DNA from: Rhynchobatus australiae
Lineage: Eukaryota
Length of the DNA: 64,000 bases
Assembly (NCBI GenBank): GCA_034780895.1
Contig: JAUZTB010000001.1
Span: 94,151,131-94,215,130, forward strand
Direction: 5' to 3'
Made by a program: the position numbers and the translations under genes. Shown in pieces: positions 11,400-25,685 of this stretch. The notes beneath the pieces are model-generated. The model was not told the origin of the DNA and did no database searches. It was given only the letters and a program-made list of their open reading frames with translations. Position 1 is the first letter of the stretch, and every line of letters begins with the position of its first letter.

Positions 11400-12680
11400 G
11401 ATGCATTCCATTATTTAAGAAGTCAGGAGAGGGAGAAAACAAGTAATTGCAGAGCTTGATGGTTTAGCATCGCTTGCAGGGATGTTACTGGAACATGTCG
11501 TAAGGCATAGTATGATTGTGCACTTGACAAGTGCAAGGCTGCACAGACAATTGGCATGGATTTGCAAAGGATAGGTTGTGTCTGAGTAATGTGGATGTTT
11601 TTTTATGAGACCCAGCATGTTGGCTGCAGGGGCTACATTTCCACCCTCCCCACCCCTTTCCTTGGTGTGCGAATGTTGGCCACAGGGGTTTTCTTGCAGC
11701 TCCTGGCAAAGTTCTGGGTCCGAAATGATCAAAAGTGAAAACTTGTGGAACAGGAGGCAGGTTAGGTTGAATGATAGGAGATGGAGTACCGGGAAAAGAA
11801 GCATCCTCGTGTTAGAATTAATAAGCAGATTTCCTCAGGGCCCAGCAGTGGAATCTCAGCTCTTTACCACATATATTAATGACTTGAAGAACGAGTGATG
11901 TACGCAGGAGGTGTAGAATGTTCTGGCTCAAAGCAGGAAGTTTTAAATAAATACTACCAGATTGTGTCAGCAAAGTAGTGGCAGATGGAATTCAGTGTGC
12001 GAACGTTTGAGGTCATTCACTTTGGATCATGAAAGCATAATTGGAGTATTTTCTTAACGGTGATGGATGAGGTAGAGTAGGGTAGCAAAGGGAATAAGAT
12101 GTCCATGTGGACAAATCATTAAAACCAAGTGGAGTGGGCCAAAAAAGTTATTCAAAAGCTATCAAAAGAAATATCACTCTGTATTTTAAGTAGTTTGGAA
12201 TATCAGGTCTGAAAGTAATGCTTCATTTGTGCGGGGCTTGGTCAGGTCCAGAGCAATCCAATTGAAGCAAAATTGTGTTCTTGGAGGGGCGAAGGTGAAG
12301 ATTTACCAATGACACACAGATGTCAAGGGTTGAATTGTGCAAACTTGTTGAATATTGAAGGGTATATCAGGTGGACATGTTTGAAATAAAAGAGGTTTAA
12401 TAGTTCATCTGCAGACCATCTGTTTCCTCTTGTGTGGTCAATTCAGAATATCAAGCTCAGCCTGTTGGAAGTAAAATCAGGAAGCATTTATTTTCAAGCA
12501 AAGGACAGTGGAAATTTGGAACTTTGTAGCCTGGAAAGGCGCAGCGGCTCAGTCAATTGAAAATCCAGGTTTTCATTACATGAGCACGTCAAGGATTCGG
12601 GAGCAGGCACACCAAATATAATTGAGGTGCTGATTAACTCTGATCTCACGCATGGGGTTGAGTGACTTGTTCCTATTCCT
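11400..12680 (+). mobile_element. Ancient CR1 LINE, highly degenerate
   Basis: RRQVRLNDRRWS..FPQGPAVESQLFTTYINDL, and tggcagatggaattcagt..tgaggtcattcactttgg. Confidence 0.75.
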
Positions 12681-13574
12681 GTTGTGAATAAAATGCTTTG
12701 CCCAGAACATGGTGACATGAAATGTGAACTGTTCAGTCATAATGTAACCATTGATAAAGGAGTAATACACAAAATGGCTTTAGTTTCTTTAATTTTTCAA
12801 GCATCTTTCAATCCTTGGTAATAGATGATAACTTACCAACTTGCTCAGCATCTCAGTTCATTTAGGAAGAAAATAATTGGGCTTTCCTGGAGCAAGTGGA
12901 CAGGAATCTGTTACAGCTTGCAAAATATTGTCTGAACGAAAGAAGGATACCCAATCTGCGAGTCAGTTGATGTTAACTATTCCAAAAGGAATATTCATTA
13001 TTTCACATAATTAGTATTGCATTTGCTGAAGTAAACTGCTTTTCATGGGTTCAAAGGGATTTCTGAGGCCTGGTCTGCTACTTAATGAATTGCATTGTGT
13101 GAGTGTTCTCTCCAGTTTCAACAGACAAAAGGCCATTGAAGACTCCTAAATTCTTTTGAGTTGAACAGGCTTTGACTGAGGAGTCTCTTCCTTCGAGAAA
13201 CCAGGAGGACATGGTCAATCCGCACCTAATCAACTGTGTGTTGAAAGCCATTTGATTGCTTTTCTTTCTCGGCCTCTGTAGCCACCTCAGAACTTGAAGA
13301 AATGGAGTGGAAGACAGTCATCATCAACTCTGAGGAACTGCCTAAGACAAAGGAGATTTCATGTACAACATTGCAAACCCCTGCTATTTTTCAGTAAAAC
13401 CTGCCTTGTTCCTTCTGAGAAAGGAATGCTCAAGCTATATTTTATACTCTCGTGCTATTTGTTCAGCAACTAAGTACTCTTTATTGCCATCAAATTACCT
13501 TTCTCACTGGCCAGGCTATTATTTAAACCTAGAAGAGCAGAATGAAGAGAAGATTGCAGTTTGAGTGATGAACA

Positions 13575-13800
13575 AATCCAACTTGAAAGCATTCAAGGTG
13601 CAAGTCAGCAACATGATGGACGACAGTCCAAGCCGAATAAATAGGGCCACTAGGACCGTGAGAAACTTGATGCCATCCAGAAGCAAACAGTTCACTTGAT
13701 CAATAGCCCACCCAGTTGACTGACTAGCATTTAGTTGATTAAACAGCAGCAAGTCTGGAACTTGTACACATGCACTGTCAACTGCAGAAGTTTTGGATGT
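13575..13800 (+). mobile_element. Ancient CR1/L2-group LINE 3' fragment (YKAQVRS-type)
   Basis: FKVQVSNMMDDSP..KLDAIQ-like remnant. Related pieces occur at ~39290-39390 (+, tail), ~42160-42420 (-) and ~50915-51005 (-). Confidence 0.45.
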
Positions 13801-16366
13801 GCAGATAGATTCGGAAGGCCCAGAAACTGCCCTAAATTTGCTGACAGCTGCCAAAGCCATGCCATTAGACTTGATGAATGTAAAAACTGAGAGGGATTTC
13901 CTTTTAATTTGTTTTATTTTCTCTTAGAATTAGTGAAAAATACCAATAATGTTAACTGAAAAAATCTAAACACACCAATAGTTAAAAACATTAAAGCTGA
14001 AGTAATTTTTTACAAAAAAAATGGTAACTTGCTTCCATTTTGCCTCTTCATCCAAAGTCCTACAATTCCCACTGAAATCAATGGTGGTCTTGGATCCTGC
14101 AGATCTGAGAGAGAATTGTCCAGTGCAATGCTGGGGAACTTCAATTGGACTGGGCTTCAAAGTTGGTGTCCACAGTGAGCTGACAGATCCTGCCTTCCAA
14201 ATCTNNNNNNNNNNNNNNNNNNNNNNNNNNNNNNNNNNNNNNNNNNNNNNNNNNNNNNNNNNNNNNNNNNNNNNNNNNNNNNNNNNNNNNNNNNNNNNNN
14301 NNNNNNNNNNNNNNNNNNNNNNNNNNNNNNNNNNNNNNNNNNNNNNNNNNNNNNNCAAAAAATGAGTGAAAATTCTTTATGGGAGACAGAAAGTTTGATT
14401 ATAAGGACCACAGGATTACCCTAACACCCAGCATTTCTGCTTCCTGGAGCAAAGCAATGTTCTTCACCAGGCTTGCACTGTGTTGATGTGCTGGAGCTGG
14501 TAAGACAAAGGCTTCCTCAAGCGACTGTTTGCAGATTAACAAGGAGTTAAATTTTCAGCTCTGAGGGCATTGTGCTCTGTCTTTTGTCATAGGATCTCTT
14601 ATCATAGTGCCTATGGGTTGTCTGGGGCACCTCAATGATCTTTGGTTACTAAGTGACATTATTCTTAGCATGGCTAATCCTTTAAGACGACTGGCCAAAG
14701 TATAACATCCAGGTAAATTATACAACTGTGAAGGCTTCCAAGGTTAAATCGAGGGCAGTTGTTGCTATTTGTATTTTTTAAATTTCTAACCTATTTAATG
14801 CTGTTTTCTTTCTGTTATAAATGCAACATGTTGAAGGGTGACCAGTGTATGCATAATACAAGACATATTTACATAGTAAAAGCTCAAAGCTTTCATCTTC
14901 AATACAAGAACTGCATTTTCACAGATCTTTCCCAGTCAGATTAATCCCTCTGGTCTTTTTATTATTGAAACATTTCCTCCAATCAGGGAATATTTTCTGT
15001 ACCACATTATTTGTTGATGACAATAAGCACTGTTGTTAATTTTCTATGCAAAATGTGCATGTTCAATCCTGGCTTTATTTTACTGTTGCACAATTGAAGG
15101 GATGTTGTTGGGATTTGCTTGGCTCTAAATTAACCTGATAACTGGATTGTGTCAGCAGCTCCACGTGTTCAGGATGCACTGCTGACAATCAACATGTTAT
15201 ATTCATGCGGATTGTTTGTTTGCACTTAAAAAACTTCATCAGACATACTGTAAACTTGGACTGCCGTGTCCTCATCCTGTAATAAGTCCTTTGGAATTGG
15301 TCTCTGCCTTAATCTGTGCATCATAAACATCCACCTGTGACACTGGTCACATTTTAGACACATCAAACACTTAAGGAGTGTTGGAAGTTGCGTCTTATCA
15401 GTCCCACTATATTTGCCATTAGATTTATTTGTTTCATTTTCGTGAACTATAACAAATGATTTAATTCTGTCACTGGATGTTTAGCTCCATTTTGATTTTT
15501 GAAAATTGAGTGCACCAGAATGCTTGGTGCTTTTTTTTAATCTACAGAATGGGTCCCAATCATGCAGCAACTCATGGGTGAAAATATCTCATGTCTGCTG
15601 ACTACAGGAGTCCTATATGACGTTCATTTTTTTTCATCATTAATCTCAATCCATGGCATCACAGCAATTTATCAAGTGTAATTTGACGTTAAGCTGTCAG
15701 TCACAGAGGCCAGAAAGATATGACTGTTGTAAGAAGCAGAAAATAATAGACGTGTCGAAAGGTGTATGGGCGAGGCTGAGTATGGGAGCAGCCAGTACTG
15801 TCCCTGATTTGGTCTGCAAACACTCAGGTCTGCTCTTCAGCAGCAGAAATTAACAATGGGAAAATCTGTACCTTTGCAGAGCTCCTCTCATCCGAACTAT
15901 ATAAAAAAATTAAAATAAAATAAAAAAATAATGTAGCCAATGTTGATAATTTGGTCTTGGGCTAATGTGTTAAACACTCATGAATACTTTCAGTGGTTTT
16001 GAAGTCTGTGGTTTCTTTCTCCCCAGAAGAATTAAATGTGTCTCTCTTCAATCCACATTACTGTCTAATTACAATATAATTTAGATAAAATCAAGTTGTT
16101 AGTTGATTAGTTACCATTTTAGATTTGCTGAGATTTAATGGAAGTACTGTGCTTAGGCGTTGCTTTTGCATTTTGCCATCAATCATTAATTTACATCATG
16201 TCACAGTGTTCTTGATACTTACATCACTGTCACTTCAAGACTATAAACTGGAGTCATCTCTTTCTTCTAAAGATNNNNNNNGTGGAGTCTTGAGAGGAGG
16301 ATACAAAAATATATATGAAGAAAGAAGCCCAATTTTACCAGTTAAATCTGCAGGATTACTGCCAAC

Positions 16367-16708
16367 ATCGTGGCATAGCTGGTTGAGCTGCTGATTCACA
16401 GTTCCAGCAACCCAGGTTCGATCCTGACCTCGGGCTGTTGGTGTGAAGTTTGCACATTCTCACTGTGACCGTGTGGGTGTCCTCCGGGTGCTCTGGCTTC
16501 CTCCCACATCCCAAAGATGCGTAGTTACGGTTAATTGGCCACTACAAATTGCCCCAGTACGGACAGTCTGGGAGGAGTTGATGGGAATGTGGAGAGCATT
16601 TTTAAAAAATAGGATTAGTGTAGGATTGTTGTAAATGGGTGGCTGATGATCGATGTGGACTCAATTGGCTGAAGGACCTGTATTGTGCTAGAAAATCTCT
16701 GACTCTAA
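16367..16708 (+). mobile_element. tRNA-derived V-SINE (HE1-like) with CR1 tail
   Basis: A box (tggcatagctgg), B box (ggttcgatcc), V-domain (gtgggt.tcctccgggtgctctggcttcctcccacatcccaaag) and the ggctgaaggacctgt tail. Confidence 0.88.
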
Positions 16709-19700
16709 CATCACTGACACAAATTTCTACCTCTTCAAAACTTCTGGTGATTTTTGGATTCGTCTTCATATTTACCTAATTCTGTGCAGAGGATGATTCA
16801 ACATATAATCTTGCATTTGAATAAAGGATTTTCTTTCACCAAGCATGGACAGATATTCTGTCCAGTCTTCTGTGTGTTGATGTGTTAAAAGTGGGTCAGT
16901 GTAGGTCCAGCTGTGCTCTCAGATACTCAGCAGTGACCACACTGCTCTTCTAGCTTGTGAGTGGTGGCTTTGTGTCGTAGCTAACCATTGATTAGATCAG
17001 AATGTAATTTCCCGTGTCAGAGGTATCACTGTAATTCCTGGAGTTCCTTGTGTGTAGCACTGGCTCAGGTAACAACTGGCATCTGCACAGCTCATCTCAA
17101 GGCCTCAGTTTTTTGTGAATTTGGCTGATGCTGTCTCGAGTTGGTACTCACTTAGATGTTGAAAAGTGATGCGGCCAAGATTTACCCATGGATGAGGCTG
17201 TTTACCTGTATAAATTTGTCCTCTAGACAATTTGTGGAAACCGATTTGAACCTCCTGTCATGCGTAGCAGGCCATAGTTGTTTATGGCTTTTCCTTCAAG
17301 ACTGCTCAGTATGTAGCTCCATGCTCCCAATGAGGAGCACGCAGGTTGTTGCTGCCGCTGCTTGAACCCTTTTGGGATCGCCTCACCCATAACTCCCCCC
17401 AGCCCCAAAGCAAACCCAGAACAGCCTGAGAGCTAGCTAGTTTTCTACTGTCTCACAACCTGCAAGCTCCATCAACATCACAGCTTGCCAGAGTTTTTCC
17501 AGTGAGGTCTGATGTCAAAAGCTGTTTGATCAGATAGGGTTGACCCTCTGCCAACTTACTGCCCTTTCAGAATTGCCTCCTCACTTTCTCTGAAAATGGA
17601 CAATTTCGAGAGCAGTTGTCCTTGCCTTGCTTTTTATTTTAATAAAACTGAAGTGTGGAAGAAGTTACAATTTTCAACTCACTACTTTCTGTTCTTTCAC
17701 TTAACTCGATTATAGAAAATGATTTACTGCTCTACATTAATTTGGAATTCTCATTACTTTGCAATCAATGGTACTTGGATAAGGATGACCTTTTTTGTCT
17801 GCAAGCTCTTTGAGTAAACCATGTTGTTAAATGCAAATGCTTTCTGTGTCAGGTTGACCTTGTCATATCCTTCTCATTTAAGCAATAAAGTTAGCGTCAT
17901 GAATTGGGCAGGGGAAGAATTGTCATCCACCACGTGACATGCAGATGGGCAGAGAGGGAGAAAACTTGGGGAATGTGAGTTATTTATACCAAATTAACAC
18001 GTTGGCAAAAGAGTGTAGAGAATTTCATTGAATCACAGAATTGTTTGGACACTGAATGAGTCTGTTTGGCCCACTCCATTTCTGCCACCCCTCCAGGCAG
18101 TGAATTTCATATCATAATCACACAGAGTAAAAATGTTTTTCTTCATTCCCCAGTGTGTATTTAGCCCAAAATTGATGTTGGAGCCATCTGCTAATGGAAA
18201 CAGCCTCTCTTTGTATATCTACCTTACTTTAACCAAAATTTGGCACATTTTCTCAAGATAAAAGATAATTGGGAAAAATAATGTCAATCTTGGTATATAC
18301 TACAGGCTTATATTGAATAAATATTTATTAACGCAGCGAAATATGAAGACGTCATACACATCACCACAGTCAAATTTTGATTCTTTGCAAACATTTATGG
18401 GATTTGTAACCATTTGTTCATTTAAAAAAGACCAACATTTTGATTGTTTCAAAATCAAAAAACCTTATTTTTGATTGTTTGGTGTTTTTTAAAAAAAAAA
18501 TTGAATTATCTTAATTTGAACTGAGTAGCACAAATTAAACAAGGATTTAGCATTTGGTAACCTTTGAATTATCAGGTGATTTGAATTAATGGACTTTGAA
18601 ATAAGATGGAGAAGTTGCATCTGGACAGTCACAATGTCCACAGCTAATATCTATAAGAGAAGCTGCAGAAAGGGCTCTCAAAAAATTTTGTTGCCCAAGA
18701 GGAAAAATCAGTGGAACAGCTACAACCTTCTTTTAGCACTTTAGTATAGTATCCTGATTATTGTCTCAGAGAAAATGAGGCTCAAATAAGACAATTTGTT
18801 TTGTTGGAATCACTTTAACTGGTTGATTTGGCCTGCACTGACCTACTTAAGCATAGATGCTCTCTAAGGTGTCTTGCTGGAAAATTGACCTTGAGGTAGT
18901 ATTGCCAGCTGCTGTGGCTCCCTGAAGCATCAAAATTAACTGTGCCTCTTTGTTTCCAACTTATTGGCTTTCCCCTCAGCTTCAAAATATGTTGCATTAT
19001 TTGCAGATAAATCTGTGCTCTTTCTGTGTACGTCTGAGAAAGAGGATAATGATTAATTTCCGAAAATGCCACTGATCCTTGTGCATATGACTCTTGATTG
19101 CACAGTAAAATCCTTCACTTCATTATTTTATACAATGAAAGTAGACAGGCAACAAAATCTCAATTCTACTTTGTCAGACTTAATGAAATTTTAATGCAGA
19201 AAGCTGAGGTGTAATTTTATGTGAAGGATTAGATTTTACATTTGTTTGTTTTTGGATCCGTGCTGTCCTTTCTGTCCTAATTTCCATAGGGAAGCTCCAG
19301 ACACGACGTGCATTCATTGTGAGAAAAGTAAACTGTCTAAATGTTAGTAAAAATATTTGTGGTTGCTGAACCTGGTTGAAAATGTTCTTGCAGAGTTTAT
19401 CTGGTGACATTTTCCCGTAATTTATGGTACTTATTTATTGCACAGATATCCTTCCCTCAGCGGTTCAGTGTCCTTGCTAACCTTAGACAGTATTGATGAT
19501 TTGATTTCAAATGTGGATTGTTTAAACGAAACAAATATTTGTCGAATGTTCCCAGTGTGATGAAGTACTCCAAAGAGAAAATAAAATGGAATGAAACGAG
19601 CTAACCTCCTACTTGGGGTTGGTTAAAAAACCTTTCATGAGGTCCTCCTTGGGGGCCAGTTTGTTCCTGACTTCAGTGTCCACGTGTGGTGGTCAGGAAC

Positions 19701-22291
19701 AGATGCAACTGACCTCTGCGTTGGGACTTGGCGCTATGTTCAGAGCAGAGAACAAACATCNNNNNNNGAGGGACAAATACACTTTGCATTGGTCCCCTAA
19801 GTTAGACACTTGGTATTTGGTATATTGAAGTCAGCCCCATTCATTTGAATACCGTCAACCACCTTGAAGAAAAGGGTAGGTGGATTGTTTTGTTTTCTCT
19901 TTATTGGTATTAACACTTTCATTCATTTTTATCAGTTAAGTGTGTTTCTCAATTTTTTTGATGTGTTTTTAATATGTGTTTTCATTTTAATATTGTTTCA
20001 ATTGATTTTCCACAGTTCTGATTATCAAAGACGTTTGCAAACAATTGCAAAGACCTTTGACGCTCCAGGGGTGGGGCCTTTAGATCCACTGCCTGAGTCC
20101 TCAACAGCCTCCACTGCCTGATGCTGCCTGCTCCACTCTGCAGGAAAGCTGCGACATTGAGGCTTTGAGCAGAGTAGGACCTGAGTGGCCCCCAAAGGTT
20201 AGTGTGGCTGCCAGGAGGCACGATCCACATCAGGCAAGATCAGCCGAGATGAGTCCAGTGTGGTTTGCTCGAGTTATACAGCTCATCGGTATTAAGAATA
20301 CATGGCAGGAGTGGAAAGATATTTCCTTACTTCAAAGGTTTTTGAGCAATCAGTGGTTCTTGGATATTGTGCTTTAGCGCCTGGGGGAATGGACCGAGTG
20401 TGTGCAGAGCAGAGCAAACTGGCAGATGGGTGGGAAGGGGGAAGCAGAGTGGCTTCTCAGCACCCAGGATGATGAGGGAGCAATTCCTTTCCTGACTTCA
20501 GTGAGGAACAGTGTGGGATGTATCTGCACTTCAGTGAGGATCTCCTCACTGAAACCTGCCAGCTGCTCCAAGGAGCACCTCGTAGCAGAGCAGGAATTAA
20601 ATTGCTGGATGTTGCCAGTAAGACAGTGATGAACTTTTATGTACTGGATCTGGAATTGCTTCTCGTATCCCCCACCAGTAGATGTAGAAAGTAAACAGCT
20701 TTGGATAGGTTGCAGGCTTCTAACACTGCACAGAGTACCATTAGATGCATGTTGACTATCTAAGCCCTTTACCAGAACAAAAAGGGATTCATCTTCCTAT
20801 TATGCTGGACTATTAGCAGCATATAATGCACTACCCCAGTAGCAAGGGCATCTTCGTTCAATAGCACTGTGTTGCCAGCTGCATTTGTAATGCTGTGGCA
20901 AACCAAAGCCCAGCTACAAAGCACAAAAGGGCGTCTCAGTGCTGCCTTGTGAAAGTTCTCCTGGGTAGTGGAAGGCTTTGGCCAAACTTCAGTAAGAATT
21001 GCTAACTCTGCAAGTCAGTTTTCTCCAGCTTACTTGCAGAAGTGTCACATATTGTTGCTGCAACCTCCAGGATAAACTGGCATGATTAGCAACCCCACCA
21101 CCCCAACTGGGCTGAACCAACACGCCACAAACTGCAAATCAAACAGAGTCCGTTTTGTCTGGTTCATTATTTCAATGGAGTCTGAATGATCAGAAGAGGG
21201 TTAACTAATGAGAAGCTTAAAAGAGAAGTTATCTTCACAGCTTTTTTTTTGGAACTTTTTTTAATTCAACTAAGTTTTAATGCAAACTAGAAACGACGAG
21301 AAAATAATTAGTGCGAATCTAAAATCATTACCTTTTTGGCCAAGCACTAATTTTAGGTCTCCTACCTATTTGATCAAACTCCCCTGACTGCTGCAGTTGG
21401 CGTTTCTATATAATTTGTTTCATACCTGTATCACATTTGGGGACATCCTTGCAGTGGCTTGATTTTAATAGCCTCTTACAGGAAAACTGTAGAAATAGAA
21501 ACCTTATTGTGTCTCTTGCCTTCAGTTGCTCACCTTTATTTTATGATTTTTTTTTGGCAGGTAGTACACCAATCTCCCGGAAACCAACTCCTGGGGGAGC
21601 CAGGAATTGCACATTTGTGAATTTAGAAGCCTTATATCACGCTCCTATATTTGTCTTATTTTGAGACATGAAGATTAAGGCTTCCACCACTTATGTGCAC
21701 CAGAAGCATGTAGTTGATCATTGTCAAGCAATTACAGGCAAATGGGGACAAAAGGCCAGGAGTCGAAACAATTTAACTGCAGAGAGATACTATGCCAAAA
21801 ACATACATGCTACTTAAAACCAGCTTATTATCTTTCCTTCGCAGCGGGCTAGAATTACTGGGCCTGAAATGATTGTTAATTGGTCTGTAACAAATCTCTG
21901 TAAGCAACAACCATGTTCCTCCTGGTTAATCTGTCACTAACCTTAAAGTTCAGCCAAATGAGCAACACTTCATTCACCACTAATAACAGTTAATGTTTAA
22001 CCCGCAGCAATCAGCGATCAGTAAATACTACAGCGCTCATGACCAGGTCCAGTNNNNNNNNNNNNNNNNNNNNNNNNNNNNNNNNNNNNNNNNNNNNNNN
22101 NNNNNNNNNNNNNNNNNNNNNNNNNNNNNNNNNNNNNNNNNNNNNNNNNNNNNNNNNNNNNNNNNNNNNNNNNNNNNNNNNNNNNNNNNNNNNNNNNNNN
22201 NNNNNNNNNNNNNNNNNNNNNNNNNNNNNNNNNNNNNNNNNNNNNNNNNNNNNNNNNNNNNNNNNNNNNNNNNNNNNNNNNNNNNNNNNNN

Positions 22292-22540
22292 GAGGGAAGA
22301 GGTTTAATGTGAGAGGGGAGAGATTTACTAGGAACCTGAGGGGCAACTTTTTCACCCAGAGGGTGGTCCAGCTACATTAACAACATTTAAAAGGCACTTG
22401 GACAGGTATATGGGTAGGAAAGGTTTAGAGGGATATGGGCCAAATGCGGGCAAATGGGACTAGCTTAGATGGGAATCGTAGTTGGCATGAACCAGTTGAG
22501 CTGAAGGGCCTGTTTCTATAATGTATGACTCTGTGACTTG
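22292..22540 (+). mobile_element. CR1 3' end
   Basis: GKRFNVRGERFTRNLRGNFFTQRVV followed by the tail gagctgaagggcctgtttc..tatgactct. The 5' part is in an N gap. Confidence 0.88.
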
Positions 22541-24619
22541 ACTCTCACCTTTCACCTCCACAGATGCTGTTTGACTCTTTGGAGTTTTTCCAGCATTCTG
22601 TTTCTGTAGGTAGTTGGATTGTCCATTCTAGTTGGCAACTTTAGTGACATTTCTCATGTTTGTATTGTAGGGATGAATTTTGTTTCCTTCATATTGAATG
22701 CTGGACCTGAGGATACTCTTATAAAATGGTGCTCTTGAACTTGACTCTGTACTCCTGGCATCCTACCATTTCTTGCTGGATTTATCTCCATGCCCACTCT
22801 CCCATCTCCCATCTCCCTTCTTTCCCCCTCCCCCACAACCTTTTTCTTATGATTTGGATTTTGAAAAACTGCAGAATTCCTCTGACCCCTCTATAGTCAT
22901 TAGGCTCATCACTGAACTCCACAAATCCATTATTTATTCCTTGAATGATTTTCATCTTCCTTTTTTTAAAAAAATCTTATCAGAAACATCTTCAATACTT
23001 TGTTGGAGAATCTGTTGAAGAGCTGGTTCTCACTCCACCATTGAAGAGCCATCTGAGAATAAATAAATGTTAGCAATTCAAATAAATGCTCCTCATTTCA
23101 AAAACACTGACGATTTTCTTCTGGTCTTCTCACCTCCAACAATCTCTGCATTTGTTGGTTGTTTATATTCTGTTCTGTGGTTGTGCTTCTCCACAGATTA
23201 GTGCAGTTCAGCTGTGGATCATCCTATTGTTTTTTTTTCCTGATTTGCTTGAGAGTCTCCATTGTGCTGAAGGTGAGGTATTAAATGGTGCAGAGGAACT
23301 TCAGACGAAATCTTACCAAAGCCAATTGTGAAATTGTCTGTCATCACGACGATGTCCCAAGTTGTCCACTGAAAACCTGAGCAATGCATTTGTTTATTTT
23401 GGACTCATTTCTCAAGCCAATTAAAATCCAGTTGTAATCTGTTTTTTTCAAGGATATGATTTCTGCTGCATAATTTCATTTGTAGATTTAATTAGTGTGC
23501 TATCTGTGCCCTGTTCCAGATTATTAATAAAGAGGAAGGAAGCTAGCAATGAATCTTGTTACACTTCTATTCCCTGGACCGCATTGGGAAGCAACCCATT
23601 TAATATGGCAGTTTGTTAAGAATTCTTCACCAAGATTCTTATTCATCTTGCCATATTAGCCTTGGGGCTGAAGTTTGTCATACACTCTCTGATACAACAT
23701 TTTTTTCTGAAAAGATGACAGACACCTGATCCTTTCCAGGCCACCAAACTAGTGACCAGGATTATGAGCATATAAATGTGATAAGCAGGAAAATTCTGAT
23801 CCATTTAAATCTGCCAGAAGCATGTTATTAATGCCCAAAAAACCACAATTATACCTCTCCTACCCACTAGATGTCCCATCATCCTCTGGGAGAGCAAAAG
23901 TATCTCACAGAAAATTTGATGAAAACTAAGTTCTGGAAAATTCCCATCCATCTCCAATGACTAAGTATAACTAATTCACCTTTGGCCATCTTATGCGTAC
24001 CTGGTATTTCAACTTTGATAAGACAGGATCTTTGCCTGATGATGAAATCATCTGAACTCAGCGGAGGTGGGGAAACATTCAGTGCTCAGGACGTGACTCA
24101 TCACTTTGTTCTGTGGGTCNNNNNNNNNNNNNNNNNNNNNNNNNNNNNNNNNNNNNNNNNNNNNNNNNNNNNNNNNNNNNNNNNNNNNNNNNNNNNNNNN
24201 NNNNNNNNNNNNNNNNNNNNNNNNNNNNNNNNNNNNNNNNNNNNNNNNNNNNNNNNNNNNNNNNNNNNNNNNNNNNNNNNNNNNNNNNNNNNNNNNNNNN
24301 NNNNNNNNNNNNNNNNNNNNNNNNNNNNNNNNNNNNNNNNNNNNNNNNNNNNNNNNNNNNNNNNNNNNNNNNNNNNNNNNNNNNNNNNNNNNNNNNNNNN
24401 NNNNNNNTACACATTTTTGAAAGAAGCAGAGATTATAACCTTTCCAAGTGGCTAAAGCTGTAGCTTTGTTTAACTCATTGATTCTACATTGTTTATTCTT
24501 ATGGGAATCGTATTCCAGTAATCTGTGAATCTATTTCACTTAAGTATAATTAAACTTTGACGATTGTACAATTTATATACTTCTTGAGCAATTTATTTTT
24601 TAGATCAACTGTCTGTTGG

Positions 24620-25510
24620 GTATCTTTGTCATATATATTAACGATTTGGATGAGAATGTATATGGCGTGATTGGTAAGTTTGCAGATGTTGGAAATTTTT
24701 GTTGTGGACAGTGAAGAAGGTTGTCTACTGTTACAACAGGATGTAGGTCAACTGGGAGAATGAGCAAGGGAATGGAAGATGAAATTTAACTTGGACAAGT
24801 GCAAAGTGATGCTTTTTGGGAAGTTATGTCAGGGTAGGACGTACATAGTGAATGTCAGGGCCATGGAGAATGTTGCAGAACAGAGAGACCTCAGGTACAA
24901 GTACATTGTTCCTTGAAAGAGACAGCATAGACAGGGTGGTGAAGGTGGTGTATGACTTGCATTCATTGGTTGGAGCATTGAGTTGGGGTGTCATGTTACA
25001 ACTGTACAAGACATTGGTGAGGCCATACTTGGAATATTATCTGTAGTTCTAATTGCCATATTATAGGTAGCATGTGACTATGCTCAAGAGGGTACAGAAA
25101 AAATTCACAAGGATGTTGCCTGGACTGGAGGACTTGAGTTATAAGGAGAATCTGGCTGGGCTGGGTCCATTTTCCCCAGAGGAAAAGAGGCTGCTGAAGG
25201 AGCATAAATAAGGTGGATGGTCATTGTATTTTTCCCCAGAGAAAGGGAGTCTAAAACTAGAGGGCATAGGTTTAAGGTGAGAGGGAAAAGATTTAAAAGG
25301 GACCTGAGGTGTAAATTTTTCACACACAAGTTAGTGGGTATATGAAACAAGCTGCCAGAGGAAGTGATAGAGGCAGATATAATTCCAACAGTTAAAAGTC
25401 ATATAGGCAGATACATGAGTCGGAGTGGTTCTGAGCGATATGGGCCAGAGACAGGCAAATGGGACAAGCTCAGGAAGGTGCCATAGTTAGCACGGACAAG
25501 TGGACACTAT
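24620..25510 (+). mobile_element. CR1 LINE RT/3' fragment
   Basis: YINDLDEN..IGKFAD, LQLYKTLVRPYLEY and RGHRFKVRGKRFKRDL. Confidence 0.9.
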
Positions 25511-25584
25511 GGCCTTGAAACAGCCCTGTGTATTTTGGAGTACTCAAAGAGATTAGAATGTACTGATCACTTTGAGTGATTAGA

Positions 25585-25685
25585 TTGGTCCTGATGCAGG
25601 ATTTCTACCTGAACTGCTGACAGTTCCTTTCCTTTCACAGGTACTGCTTGACTCACTGAGTTCTTCCAGCAGATTATTTGTTGAT
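25585..25685 (+). mobile_element. Penelope-like terminal-repeat relic
   Basis: ctgatgcagg..cctgaac followed by ctgcttgactcactgagttcttccagca. The same module occurs at ~22550-22610 (+) and at 31730-31790, 33490-33605, 42800-42900, 47150-47280 and 48215-48345 (-). Confidence 0.55.
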
